From Deltaproteobacteria bacterium (GTDB taxonomy: Bacteria > UBA10199 > GCA-002796325 > 1-14-0-20-49-13): DNA of 39,721 nucleotides. Under the pieces are notes generated by a model. It was not told the DNA's origin. It saw only the letters and a program-made list of their open reading frames with translations, and ran no database searches. Below, piece by piece: positions 8,677 through 18,637 of this stretch (position 1 is its first letter; the number at the start of each line of letters is the position of its first letter). The position numbers and the translations under genes are program-made. The stretch is taken from NCBI GenBank assembly GCA_016180865.1, contig JACPAJ010000013.1, positions 1-39,721 on the forward strand, read 5' to 3'.

Positions 8677-9159
8677 ATGAAAATAAAAATTATTTTGCTG
8701 TCTGTTTTTCTTGCGTTGCCGGGTCTTGCCAAAGCGGAATTAATAAAAGGCGATATTTTAGCAGGCGTCGGGGCGGGATTCACAATTCACGGCGGAGCGT
8801 TTGACGGCCAGGCGGCGGGGGAATATTATTACAAAAATAACATTTCTTTTTTGATGAATTTTGACACTTTTGCGAATTCCTCCGGCGCTGTATTTAATTT
8901 TCAGCCTGCCGCCAGATATCATTTTAATATAAAAGAAGCGCCCAAATTAACGCCGTTTTTGGGGATTGGACTCGGGGCTTTTGTTAATAACCACGGAAAC
9001 GGGGGTTTAAGCATTGCCGCTCCTGATTTTGGCCTCGATTATAACGTCGCGAGAAATGTCTACCTTTATTCAAATATTGATTTTTTGCATCTCACTGATT
9101 TCGACGGCTATGAATGGACGTTTAAATGGACTGTTGCCGGCGTGAAATTTAAATTTTAA
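8677..9159 (+). CDS. Small outer-membrane beta-barrel protein
   Basis: Signal peptide ending AKA, alternating aromatic/Gly strands, C-terminal AGVKFKF BAM-type signal, AAGGA RBS. Confidence 0.82.
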   Translation: MKIKIILLSVFLALPGLAKAELIKGDILAGVGAGFTIHGGAFDGQAAGEYYYKNNISFLMNFDTFANSSGAVFNFQPAARYHFNIKEAPKLTPFLGIGLGAFVNNHGNGGLSIAAPDFGLDYNVARNVYLYSNIDFLHLTDFDGYEWTFKWTVAGVKFKF

Positions 9160-9165
9160 CTCGGC

Positions 9166-10326
9166 ATGAAAAAATGTCTGCCATTTCTTTTAGTTCTGCT
9201 CTTGGCATCGTGTGCCGGCTCAAAAAAGACGGAAGATTCCAAGCTTAACTGGCTTATGTCGTGGGATGAGGCGGCTTCCGTTGCGACAAAGGAAAGCAGG
9301 CAGATGATTGCGGAGTTCTCCACCGAATGGTGCCCTTACTGCAAATTTATCGATGAAAAAATCTTTACCGATGGAGAAGTGGGCGATAAATTATCCAAAT
9401 TTGTTCTGCTTAGACTTGACGGCGATAAGGCTTCAAGCCAAACCTACATGGACAAATTCGATGTAAAGGGATTTCCCACCTTCATTATATTTGATGAAAA
9501 AGGGGCTGAACTAAAAAGGTTCAACGATTTGAATGACAAAGGAGATCTGCTGGCGATTTTGGAAAATACAGCTTCCGACGAAACAAAACTATCCGAAAAC
9601 ATAGATTCTATAGAAATTGCTAAATTGCTTATTTCCAAATTTCCGCACTCTCCATTTTTGCCGGTTTATTATAAAAAACTCGCCGATTTCTATGCCTCGG
9701 CGACCGTAAAAAACAGTTATCTGAAGGCTGCAAAAGGCATAATTGAAACAGCGCTAAATCATTTTTCAACTCTGGATTTAAGGACTCAAAGAATCGCTGC
9801 CGATCAATATGTAGATCTTCTGGCTGAAATTTTAAAAGAGCTGGAAGAATATCAGGGCATAAAGGGCGTTTATTCAAAAGGAGCCGCATTATCAAAAGAG
9901 ATCGTCCAGAAAAACGGCGGCATTGAAAATAACCGTTACCTGATAGGAAATATAGTTTATTATTATTTAAAAGTAGGCGAGCTGAAACACGCAAAAGATT
10001 TTTTAATCGCTGCGGAAAAAGCCAATCCTTCATATTGGCCGGTTTATTCCAATTTTGCGAAAGTCTATAAAGCGCTCGGTGAAACGGACGAAGCTGTCAA
10101 ATACTGCAAAAAAGGATACGAGCTTGCCGAAGAAGTTGCCAGACCCAGAATAGCGTTGATTTGGGCGGAAGTTCTTGCAGACGCAAAAAAATATAAAGAA
10201 GCGGTCGATGTATTGAAATCGGCGGAAGACGATCTTATCAAGACCGGCTCGTCCGATAAAGGCCGCGCAAAAAAATTATCAGAGCAGCTTAAGAAAAGCA
10301 GAATTGAAATGGAATCCTTCCTCTAA
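9166..10326 (+). CDS. Lipoprotein with thioredoxin-fold (WCPYC) domain and TPR repeats
   Basis: Lipobox LASC, FSTEWCPYCK, cis-Pro motif VKGFPT, helical TPR-like C-terminus. Confidence 0.88.
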   Translation: MKKCLPFLLVLLLASCAGSKKTEDSKLNWLMSWDEAASVATKESRQMIAEFSTEWCPYCKFIDEKIFTDGEVGDKLSKFVLLRLDGDKASSQTYMDKFDVKGFPTFIIFDEKGAELKRFNDLNDKGDLLAILENTASDETKLSENIDSIEIAKLLISKFPHSPFLPVYYKKLADFYASATVKNSYLKAAKGIIETALNHFSTLDLRTQRIAADQYVDLLAEILKELEEYQGIKGVYSKGAALSKEIVQKNGGIENNRYLIGNIVYYYLKVGELKHAKDFLIAAEKANPSYWPVYSNFAKVYKALGETDEAVKYCKKGYELAEEVARPRIALIWAEVLADAKKYKEAVDVLKSAEDDLIKTGSSDKGRAKKLSEQLKKSRIEMESFL

Positions 10327-10775
10327 TTCGCCCCTTCGCAAATCCAGCGGGCAATAGTTAAGATGTCATCAGAACTCCACGCAGTGCCGCCATTAGGCAT
10401 TCTTACTCCCGAAACAGGGTCGGTTAGCTTATTATAAAGATAGCTTTCGGTTGTATCCAGAGAACCGCCCGTAATATAAGTTCTTGTGCCGCCGATGGAG
10501 GCTACTTCGACGATATTTGCCTTTGCCTCTTCTTCCGTGCTTAAATCGGGCGTTCTTGTTCCGCCGTGGCAGCTTGAATTGACGCAGCCTTTTCCCGATG
10601 TGGCGTTCATTATGGCATATACTTCGCTAAATGTTGCCGTTCCGCTGACTTCAGCGCACGTTATGGGAAATGTCGTTTCATCGGTTGTTGTGCTGCTTGA
10701 ACTTGTTGTGCTATTATAACTGCCACAGGATGCCGCCAAAAGCGCAGCGATTAAAATTATTTTTTTGATGTCCAT
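10323..10775 (-). CDS. Lipoprotein with a cytochrome-c-like domain (atypical CX4CH)
   Basis: MDIKK...LAASC lipobox, Ser/Thr linker, GCVNSSCHGG, and RMPNGG...IARWICEGA as in planctomycete-type cytochrome c domains. Confidence 0.7.
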   Translation of the reverse strand: MDIKKIILIAALLAASCGSYNSTTSSSSTTTDETTFPITCAEVSGTATFSEVYAIMNATSGKGCVNSSCHGGTRTPDLSTEEEAKANIVEVASIGGTRTYITGGSLDTTESYLYNKLTDPVSGVRMPNGGTAWSSDDILTIARWICEGAN

Positions 10776-10946
10776 AAAATAAATTAAAATCACCAAAAAC
10801 AGGCGAATTCAATTATCTATTCATAAAAGGCGAAAAAAATCAAAAATTTTGTTCAATATGCCAGTACAGATAATGCCAAATTCATCTATACATTGCAAAT
10901 ATATTACTTTAGTTCTCAGAAAAAATATATTAATCTCTGCAACTGA

Positions 10947-12752
10947 ATGGATAACTTGGAATTTCTTCAAAAAATTGCTGTCAGGCTCCGGATAGATTCT
11001 CTCATGATGACTACGGAAGCGGGTTCCGGGCATCCGACCACATGTCTTTCTGCCGCAGAATTAATAAGCAGTCTCTTTTTTAGCGAGATGAACCTTAATG
11101 AAGATGAATTCATCCTGTCCAAAGGGCATGCTGCGCCGATACTGTGGGCGGCGTATGCCGAAGCAGGTTTAATAGACAGGAATGAATTAAAGGGGCTGAG
11201 AAAGATTACAAGCAGTCTTGAGGGGCATCCAACGCCGCGGATGCCTTTTGTAAAAGTTGCGACAGGTTCATTAGGCCAGGGATTGAGCATTGGAGTTGGA
11301 TTTGCAGCCGGCGCCAAAATGAAAAAAACTAAAAATAAGGTTTATGTTCTTCTCGGCGATGGTGAATGTGCGGAGGGGAGCATTTGGGAGGCGGCAAATT
11401 CGGCGGTTTTTCATAAATTGGATAATCTTTATGCGATAGTTGATGTTAATAGGCTTGGCCAAAGCGGTCCGACGTCGCACGGACACGACATTGAAAGGCA
11501 TGTCGAAAAATTTTCGGCTTTTGGCTGGCATGCGGTTGCCATAGACGGGCATTCAATAGAGGAAATTTTAAAAACGTTTAAAGATTTATCGGGCATTAAA
11601 AAACCCAAAGCGATTCTTGCAAAGACGTTTAAAGGAAACGGAGTTTCGTTTTTAAAGGATAAGGACGGCTGGCATGGAAAGCCCTTGAATCGCGAAGAAC
11701 TGAAACTTGCTCTTGCGGAGCTTGGTGGATATCCAGAAATTAAAAATCTTTCCGATAAAATGGCGGTTTTAAATCAAGCCCATGCTTTAAGATTTAAATT
11801 CTCGCTTCCACCTAAAGAATATCCCTCGGATTCTGAAATTGCGACAAGGGAAGCTTTCGGACACGCGCTATTGGATATCGGAAATTTAAGCGATAAGGCG
11901 GTTGTTATCGATGGAGATGTTAATAATTCAACTGGAACAAATCTTTTTTTTAAAAAATATCCAGAACGGTTTTTTCAATCGTTTATAGCCGAACAAAATA
12001 TGGCTGGCGTTGCTTTAGGCTTTTCAAAGGCGGGATTTTTGCCGTTTGTCGCCACATTTTCCTGTTTTCTTTCACGTGCGCACGATCAGATAAGGATGGC
12101 CGCATGCTCTTCCGCTAACATTAAATTCATTGGCTCACATGCCGGCGTGAGCATTGGCGAAGACGGCCCTTCGCAAATGGGATTGGAGGATCTGGCTATT
12201 TTCAGGCCGATACCGCAATGCGCAATACTTTACCCTGCGGATGCTTATTCAACAAGAGCTTGCACGGAACTTATCGCCAATAGCGCTAACATTTCATACT
12301 TGAGAACAACGAGGCAAAAAACTCCGGTAATTTATGCAATAAATGATAAATTTGAAATTGGAGGTTCCAAAACAGTAAAAAAATCATCCAAAGATTTAGT
12401 GACGATAATTGCGGCGGGCATAACCGTGCATAATGCGATTGCTGCATATGAGGAGCTTAAAAGAGATGGCGTGCTCGTGAGAATTCTAGACGCGTATTCG
12501 GTAAAGCCGATAGATGAAAAAGGCATTAATGCAGCTATTAGCGAAACATCTGACCGCGCAATAATAGTCGAAGACCATTTTGAGGCCGGAGGCTTGGGCG
12601 ATGCGGTTCGTGCGGCGATCAAAGGAGATGCAAAAATAATTCATCTTGCGGTCAGGGAAATTCCGCGTTCGGGAAAACCGGAAGAACTTATGGAAAAATA
12701 TGGGATAGGGAAAGAATCCATCATTAAAGCAGTAAAAGACCTTATATGCTGA
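10947..12752 (+). CDS. tkt: Transketolase
   Basis: AGSGHPT, FILSKGHAAP, LEGHP, TGSLGQG, TPP motif GDGECAEGSIWE, IAEQNM, GEDGPSQM. Confidence 0.96.
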   Translation: MDNLEFLQKIAVRLRIDSLMMTTEAGSGHPTTCLSAAELISSLFFSEMNLNEDEFILSKGHAAPILWAAYAEAGLIDRNELKGLRKITSSLEGHPTPRMPFVKVATGSLGQGLSIGVGFAAGAKMKKTKNKVYVLLGDGECAEGSIWEAANSAVFHKLDNLYAIVDVNRLGQSGPTSHGHDIERHVEKFSAFGWHAVAIDGHSIEEILKTFKDLSGIKKPKAILAKTFKGNGVSFLKDKDGWHGKPLNREELKLALAELGGYPEIKNLSDKMAVLNQAHALRFKFSLPPKEYPSDSEIATREAFGHALLDIGNLSDKAVVIDGDVNNSTGTNLFFKKYPERFFQSFIAEQNMAGVALGFSKAGFLPFVATFSCFLSRAHDQIRMAACSSANIKFIGSHAGVSIGEDGPSQMGLEDLAIFRPIPQCAILYPADAYSTRACTELIANSANISYLRTTRQKTPVIYAINDKFEIGGSKTVKKSSKDLVTIIAAGITVHNAIAAYEELKRDGVLVRILDAYSVKPIDEKGINAAISETSDRAIIVEDHFEAGGLGDAVRAAIKGDAKIIHLAVREIPRSGKPEELMEKYGIGKESIIKAVKDLIC

Positions 12753-14365
12753 ATATTTTATTAAAAAATCAGCTTCTGGTTCTATTAGCCATAATTTTTT
12801 TGGGATATATGCTCGGCAATATCCGCTTCAAGGGGATAGCCGTCGGCAATCCGATGTGCCTCTTTGTCGCGATTGCCGCCGGCGCGCTCGGGGCGGAAAT
12901 TCCCGCTATCATTACAAATTTAGGAATTGTATTTTTTGTTTATTCGGTTGGCCTTCAAGCCGGTCCCCAATTCTTCGCTCTTTTTGGAAAACGCGGGCTT
13001 AAGTTTTCAGCTCTTTCCATATTTACGGTTTGTTTTGGCGCTGCGATAACGCTTTTGCTGGCTTATCTATTGAATGTCAGGCTGGAATCGGCGGTTGGAA
13101 TTTTCGCCGGCGCGGTGACAAGCACGCCGGCTCTTGCTTCGGCAATAAATGCGCTGGAAGCGTATTTCCCTGCGTCAAGCGGCGTTACCTCGCTTGGCTA
13201 TGCTTTTGCCTATCCTTTCGGCCTTGTCAGCCAGCTGATATTCATACAGCTTGCGCCTAAAATATTTGCGGCAAAAATAAATGAAGAAAAGCAATTGGCC
13301 CGGGAAGCGAAACAGAGGCTCGAATTTCATTCGCGCCAGTATCTTCTTACCAACGCAAATTTCGCCGGCAAAAAGATAGAAGAATATGATCTGCATAATT
13401 TTTGCAGAGTCAATCTCAGCCGGTATAAGCACGGAAACGAAATTAAAATATGCGTTCCGGAGTCGGTGTTGAGGTTGGGCGATATTGTCATTGCCGTAGG
13501 CTCCGAGGAAGAGCTCGAAAAATTTAAAGTGCTGTTCGGGGAAGAAGTGAAAACAGAAATGCCGAAGGACTCCAATTTCGAATCAAAAGATATTTATATA
13601 AGCGGGCCAAATGTGATCAATAAAACGCTTCGGGATCTGGCGCTGCCGGAAACGCGGGGGATAACAATAACGAGGCTTTACAGGGGCGATACGATAATAT
13701 CGCCGACCGGACATGTAGTGCTTGAAACAGGAGATCTCATTAGAGTTGTCGGCCAGAAAGAGGATGTTGCGTATTTTGCCGGACAGGCCGGTTCGGAAAA
13801 AAGAAGGCTGGACGACACAAATCTTTTGATTTTGGCGGTTGGCATGTTTGTCGGCGCTCTTATCGGGGAAATTCCGATAGAAATAGGGAGGCTTTCGTTT
13901 AAACTCGGTCTTGCGGGAGGGCCTCTTCTGGCGGCGCTGATTTTAGGGCATTTCGGGCGCGTTGGCAGACAATCGGTTAGAATTCCAAATGCCACGAAAT
14001 TTTTTCTGCGCGAGATAGGCCTTGTTTTCTTTTTAATTGGAGTGGGCGTAAAAACCGGCCATGAACTTGTAATGGCGGCTCATACATACAATGCCTTTGT
14101 GTTCCTTTTTATGGGGGCGGTAATCTCGCTTGTAACGATTTTTGGCTCGATGTTTTTAATTTATAAGGTTTTTAAGACGCCTGTTACGGAATCCCTTGGC
14201 GCGCTTTGCGGCGCCAGAACAAGCAGTTCATCGCTGGGCGTATTGATAAAAACGCTGGATGACGAGTCCCCGAGCATAACTTATGCGGCCGCTTATCCCG
14301 TTGCCATAATTGCTCTTACGCTTATGGGGCAGATTATGGTCTGGGTTGGAATGATTTTTCTTTGA
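12746..14365 (+). CDS. AspT/YidE/YbjL family antiporter with two TrkA-C domains
   Basis: FVYSVGLQAGP, AGAVTSTPALA, GYAFAYPFG, LGLAGGPL, YAAAYP, with duplicated membrane halves. Confidence 0.92.
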   Translation: MLNILLKNQLLVLLAIIFLGYMLGNIRFKGIAVGNPMCLFVAIAAGALGAEIPAIITNLGIVFFVYSVGLQAGPQFFALFGKRGLKFSALSIFTVCFGAAITLLLAYLLNVRLESAVGIFAGAVTSTPALASAINALEAYFPASSGVTSLGYAFAYPFGLVSQLIFIQLAPKIFAAKINEEKQLAREAKQRLEFHSRQYLLTNANFAGKKIEEYDLHNFCRVNLSRYKHGNEIKICVPESVLRLGDIVIAVGSEEELEKFKVLFGEEVKTEMPKDSNFESKDIYISGPNVINKTLRDLALPETRGITITRLYRGDTIISPTGHVVLETGDLIRVVGQKEDVAYFAGQAGSEKRRLDDTNLLILAVGMFVGALIGEIPIEIGRLSFKLGLAGGPLLAALILGHFGRVGRQSVRIPNATKFFLREIGLVFFLIGVGVKTGHELVMAAHTYNAFVFLFMGAVISLVTIFGSMFLIYKVFKTPVTESLGALCGARTSSSSLGVLIKTLDDESPSITYAAAYPVAIIALTLMGQIMVWVGMIFL

Positions 14366-14399
14366 ATTTGCGGGAGTATATTGTAAATTATAGGGTGAT

Positions 14400-16073
14400 A
14401 TGACAAAAGCACTGGAAGAAATTCTTTTAAGCGAAGGCTTGATCACAAAAGACAGGCTTGCTGTGGCAAAAGAATCTTTGAAAAATCTAGGCGGAACACT
14501 GGATCAGGTTTTAATCGAAAAAGGATTCTTAACCGAAGAGCAGATTTTAAAGGCCCTTGCCAAAAGAATGAACACTATTTTTGTAACGCTTTCCAAATAT
14601 AAAATCGATCCGGCGGCAGTAAGGCTTTTGAACGTTTCGCTGGCCAGAAAACACCGCGCGATACCGATTTTCAAGATAGAGGATAAAGTGACAGTCGCCA
14701 TATCGAACCCTCTTAATGTTTCGGCTCTTGATGACATTCGCGATGCAATCGGACATGAAATCAATCCTGTGCTAGCTCTGGATGCCGACATTGAAAAAGC
14801 GATAAAAGAATTCTACCGGGGCACAGGTTTAACGGAAGAGGGGGCGGTGGCAAAAGTGGAGGTGATAGGGTTTGAAGATAGAAGCGAAGAGTCAGTCTCA
14901 ATTGAAAAAATAGCGAAAGCGGCCAGCGGGGAGCAGATTGTTACGGCGGTAAATAATATAATAGCTCAGGCCGCGGCCGACCGCTCGAGCGATATTCATT
15001 TTGAGCCTGTGCGCGACGCCTTAAAAATCAGATTCAGAATCGACGGCGTTTTAGAGGATTTTTCCAGCCTCCCCAAAAAAATGCACATGCCGACCGTCTC
15101 CCGAATTAAAATTATGGGCGGGATGGATGTTGCGGAACACCGAATTCCGCAGGACGGCCGCGTGAGAGTCAGAACGCAGGGGCGCGAAATAGACATGCGC
15201 ATTGCGACATATCCGACGGTATTCGGAGAGGCGGCAACGGTCAGGCTTTTAGGCAAAGAAGAACTTTTAACTCTTGAAGATATAGGATTTTGCAAAAACG
15301 ATCTTAATGTTTTTATACAGCTTATAACCAAACCGCATGGAATTCTGCTTGTTACGGGGCCCACAGGCAGCGGCAAAACAACGACGCTATATGCGTCCCT
15401 TATGCATGTGAATTCAAGGGACAAGCATATTCTTTCAATTGAAGATCCGGTTGAAAACGAAATTCCGGGCATTGATCAGCAGCAGATAAATCCGAAAGCG
15501 GGCCTTACATTCGCCTCGGCCTTAAGATCGATGCTAAGACAGGATCCGGATATAATAATGGTCGGAGAAATCAGGGATAAAGAGACCGCGGATATGGCGA
15601 TCCGCGCTTCCATGACCGGCCATTTTGTTTTTTCAACGCTCCACACAAATACAGCCATAGGCGTCATACCGCGCCTTTTAGACCTTGGCGTGGAATCGTA
15701 TCTTCTTTCATCAACGCTGCTTGGCGCCATATCGCAGCGGCTTGTGAGAAAAATCTGCCCAAAGTGCAAAGAGGAAGCCGAGATCCCGCGCGAGCTTGCT
15801 GTGGGGCTCGGAGTTAAAAGCATAAAATCATTCAAGGGCAAAGGCTGCAAAGAATGCCGCAATACCGGATATTTCGGACGCACGGCGATTTTTGAAATTA
15901 TCCAGACAGATGATGATTTAAAAAAGATGATCAGCGAAAAAATGCCGGAAGTAAGGATTATGGAAGCCGTTAAAGATAAAGGGTATCATTCTATTCTCGA
16001 TGACGGACTGGAAAAAATTAAGAACGGCATAACAACCGTGGAAGAAGTCCTTAAAGTCACCGAAAGTTTGTAA
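14400..16073 (+). CDS. pilB: Type IV pilus/T2SS assembly ATPase (PilB/GspE/MshE family)
   Basis: SDIHFEP, RFRIDG, PQDGR, GPTGSGKTTTLY, LRQDPDIIMVGEIRD, STLHTN and CPKC/CKEC zinc motif. Confidence 0.95.
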   Translation: MTKALEEILLSEGLITKDRLAVAKESLKNLGGTLDQVLIEKGFLTEEQILKALAKRMNTIFVTLSKYKIDPAAVRLLNVSLARKHRAIPIFKIEDKVTVAISNPLNVSALDDIRDAIGHEINPVLALDADIEKAIKEFYRGTGLTEEGAVAKVEVIGFEDRSEESVSIEKIAKAASGEQIVTAVNNIIAQAAADRSSDIHFEPVRDALKIRFRIDGVLEDFSSLPKKMHMPTVSRIKIMGGMDVAEHRIPQDGRVRVRTQGREIDMRIATYPTVFGEAATVRLLGKEELLTLEDIGFCKNDLNVFIQLITKPHGILLVTGPTGSGKTTTLYASLMHVNSRDKHILSIEDPVENEIPGIDQQQINPKAGLTFASALRSMLRQDPDIIMVGEIRDKETADMAIRASMTGHFVFSTLHTNTAIGVIPRLLDLGVESYLLSSTLLGAISQRLVRKICPKCKEEAEIPRELAVGLGVKSIKSFKGKGCKECRNTGYFGRTAIFEIIQTDDDLKKMISEKMPEVRIMEAVKDKGYHSILDDGLEKIKNGITTVEEVLKVTESL

Positions 16074-16078
16074 AGTTT

Positions 16079-17298
16079 ATGCCCGTATTTTTATACAAGT
16101 CGCGCGATTCAAAAGGGACGCTCGTTTCAGGTGAAATGGAGGCCGCAAACGCCGACGATGTGAGAAGAAACCTTTCGGAAAAGGGGCTTCTTCCGACCCG
16201 TATCGAGCCAAAGGGCTTGTCGATATCCATCCCGCAATTTTTCAGGCAAAGATCAAAGGGAAAAGTCCGCGATCTAATAGCGCTAACGCGCCAGTTTTAT
16301 GCTCTGTTTAAGGCCGGCGTTAACATGGATAGAATTCTTTTCACCCTTGCGCGCCAAAGCGAAAATTCAAGATTGAGAATCGCTCTTGAAGAGATAAGAC
16401 GCGATGTTTCCAAAGGATCGGGCCTGGCAGCTGCTTTTGGAAAGCATCCGGATATTTTTAATGAATTATACGTAAATATGCTGAGCGTCGGCGAGACCGG
16501 AGGCGTATTGGAGCAGTCGCTTTTAAAACTGGTGGAAATTTTAAAAAAAGAACATAAACTTATCACAAGCGTTAAATCGGCCACTCTCTACCCAAAGATC
16601 GTCATTGTAGTGTTCTTTATGGTTGTGGCTTTAATGATTGTTTTTGTAATTCCGCGGTTTGCCGACTTTTACGCGGGATTTAAAGCGGAGCTTCCTTTGC
16701 CGACGCGGATTTTAATTGCCGTTAGCGATTTTGTGTCGGCGTACTGGTATTTTTTTCTGGCCGGAATTGCTTTCGGAACTGTTTTTGTAAGAAGGCTGAA
16801 AAATACATCGAAAGGAAATATTTTTTTCGATCGCCTTAGATTTAAAATTCCGGTCTTTGGAAAACTTCACCAGCTTGTTATCAATGCAAGGTTCGGCCAC
16901 CTTGTGGCGGCGATGTATAAAAGCGGTTTGCCGCTTGCAACGGCTTTGGATATAGTCGGCAGAACGATCGGCAATAAAGTTTTCCAGAAAGAGATCGAAG
17001 GCTTGAATGACGATGTTTCAAAGGGCTCTTCCTTGTCGGCTTCCATGGAGGCAAAGCCGTACTTCACGTTTCTAATGACTGAAACAACCGCTGTTGGCGA
17101 ACAGACGGGGTCTCTCGATGAAATGATGGAGACGACCGCGCAATTTTATGATGAAGAAATAGATGCCATGCTCGTCAATTGGTAACGCTTATTGAACCGA
17201 TGCTGCTTGTAGCGATATTTGGCCTTGTGGCACTGCTTGCGCTTGCCATATTTTTGCCGTGGTGGAACGTCACAAGGCTTATTTTACAGGGAGGATAA
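16079..17298 (+). pseudogene. pilC: PilC/GspF/MshG platform protein, frameshifted near 17180 (possible sequencing error)
   Basis: The ORF ends ...DAMLVNW* at 17185, but the family C-terminus VTLIEPMLLVAIFGLVALLALAIFLPWWNVTRLILQGG* continues in another frame to 17298. One added T (AAT TTG GTA) restores the gene. Confidence 0.9.
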
Positions 17299-17337
17299 AA
17301 TAATCTTTTGATGTCAAGGCACTTTTTTTTGACATAA

Positions 17338-17724
17338 TTGGGCTTATATATTATTGTTGTGAATAAAATAAGGCGTTATAAAAATGATTGGATTGTAATT
17401 GCCGGAATTTTATTGGTATTATCCTCAATTTATGGCACAATGATTTACGAACAAAGGATGAGGCTTCATGAAGAAGCGCTGATAAGCGAATTACGATCTT
17501 TGAGAATTGCGGTGGCAGCTTTTCATATTATTAACGGGAGAAATCCGAGGGATTTTAACGAGCTTTCGGCGGCGGTTATGAAAACAGCCGACAATAAAGA
17601 ACGCAGATTTCTTCCTTCAAATATTATAAAAAGAGATTTCATGGATGTGTTTGGCAACCCGTACGTTTATGATCCTTCGATTGGATGGGTTAGATGCACA
17701 ACGTCGGATTATAGTGATTGGTGA
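17338..17724 (+). CDS. Pilin-like membrane protein with a GspG-like C-terminus; paralog of 18278..18637 (start uncertain)
   Basis: One N-terminal TM, then ELRSLR...NPRDF...DVFGNPYVYDPSIGWV...YSDW. Confidence 0.75.
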   Translation: MGLYIIVVNKIRRYKNDWIVIAGILLVLSSIYGTMIYEQRMRLHEEALISELRSLRIAVAAFHIINGRNPRDFNELSAAVMKTADNKERRFLPSNIIKRDFMDVFGNPYVYDPSIGWVRCTTSDYSDW

Positions 17725-17763
17725 TTTAAGTGCGAAGGCTGATAGTATTAAAGTAAACAAATA

Positions 17764-17829
17764 GCCCGCCACTAAACCATTGGCGGGCGTAAGAACGCCT
17801 AAACTCATCGGAATTCGCTAAGGCGTTCT
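17764..17829 (+). promoter_or_regulatory. Tandem hairpins in the leader of the major pilin gene
   Basis: GCCCGCCA 17764-71 pairs with TGGCGGGC 17781-88, and AGAACGCCT 17792-800 pairs with AGGCGTTCT 17821-29. Both lie just 5' of the GGAGGA RBS. Confidence 0.5.
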
Positions 17830-17843
17830 AACGGAGGATAATT

Positions 17844-18266
17844 ATGCGAAGAGAAAAAGGTTTTACATTAATTGAACTTGTGCTTGTCATTGCCGTACTG
17901 GGGGTTTTGGCCGTGTCGGCGCTGCCCAACCTTTTCGATATTTCATTGACGAACGCCAGAAATAATGCGCGAGACGGCGTAGTCGGCGCAGTTCAGGCCG
18001 GTCTTTCACTTTACGGAGCCAACCAAATTTCTCAAGGGAACACCGAATCGTATCCGACATTGCTTGAAACAAGCGATTTGGCCGATGGAACGGCTTCCAG
18101 CCGCACGAATCCGCTTTTCAATAATATCCTGCAGGGCGGCGTAACGCGCGATTGGACAAAAAAGAACGATACCTGTTACACCTATACCGGAGGAGGAGCG
18201 ACGGATGATTATCAGTATACCGCCGGAACGACGGGCACGTTTGTATTTGCCAGCGGCGGATGCTAA
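17844..18266 (+). CDS. Type IV major pilin, MshA-like
   Basis: Class III signal KG|FTLIELVLVIAVLG, ALP...NAR...GVVGAV as in MSHA pilins, two C-terminal Cys, strong RBS. Confidence 0.92.
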   Translation: MRREKGFTLIELVLVIAVLGVLAVSALPNLFDISLTNARNNARDGVVGAVQAGLSLYGANQISQGNTESYPTLLETSDLADGTASSRTNPLFNNILQGGVTRDWTKKNDTCYTYTGGGATDDYQYTAGTTGTFVFASGGC

Positions 18267-18277
18267 ACGAGGTGTTT

Positions 18278-18637
18278 ATGAAGAGATCCAAAATTGAAAT
18301 TTTTGCCGTTGTTGCGGTTGTAATCTTGGCAGTCGGAATTTTCGGCGTTAAATCATTTTTAATAAATAAGGCCGAAAAAGAGAATGCGCTCATGGCTGAA
18401 CTCAAGTCTTTGCGGACATCGGTTCAAATTTATCTTGTGCTGAATAAGAGCTATCCATCGGACCTGAAAAGCCTTGCCGGCCAAAAATTCGTTCTCGGCA
18501 ATAAAGAAGAATCCTACGTTAAGGGCATTAAACTTGATAGAGATGGATATCCGATAGATGTTTTCGGCCAAAAGTTTGATTATAACCCAAGAACGGGCTG
18601 GGTAAATTCTTCAGTAAAAAGATATTCAGAATGGTAA
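18278..18637 (+). CDS. Pilin-like membrane protein; paralog of 17338..17724
   Basis: GAGGTG RBS before ATG 18278, TM, then ELKSLR...YPSDL...DVFGQKFDYNPRTGWV...YSEW. Confidence 0.8.
   Translation: MKRSKIEIFAVVAVVILAVGIFGVKSFLINKAEKENALMAELKSLRTSVQIYLVLNKSYPSDLKSLAGQKFVLGNKEESYVKGIKLDRDGYPIDVFGQKFDYNPRTGWVNSSVKRYSEW

Noticed and set aside
17755-17835. c-di-GMP/cGAMP (GEMM-I) riboswitch upstream of the pilin, suggested by ACTAAACCAT
   Set aside because: The GNRA-capped P2 stem and the G(C/G)AAAGCC junction are absent; kept only as an unexplained structured leader.
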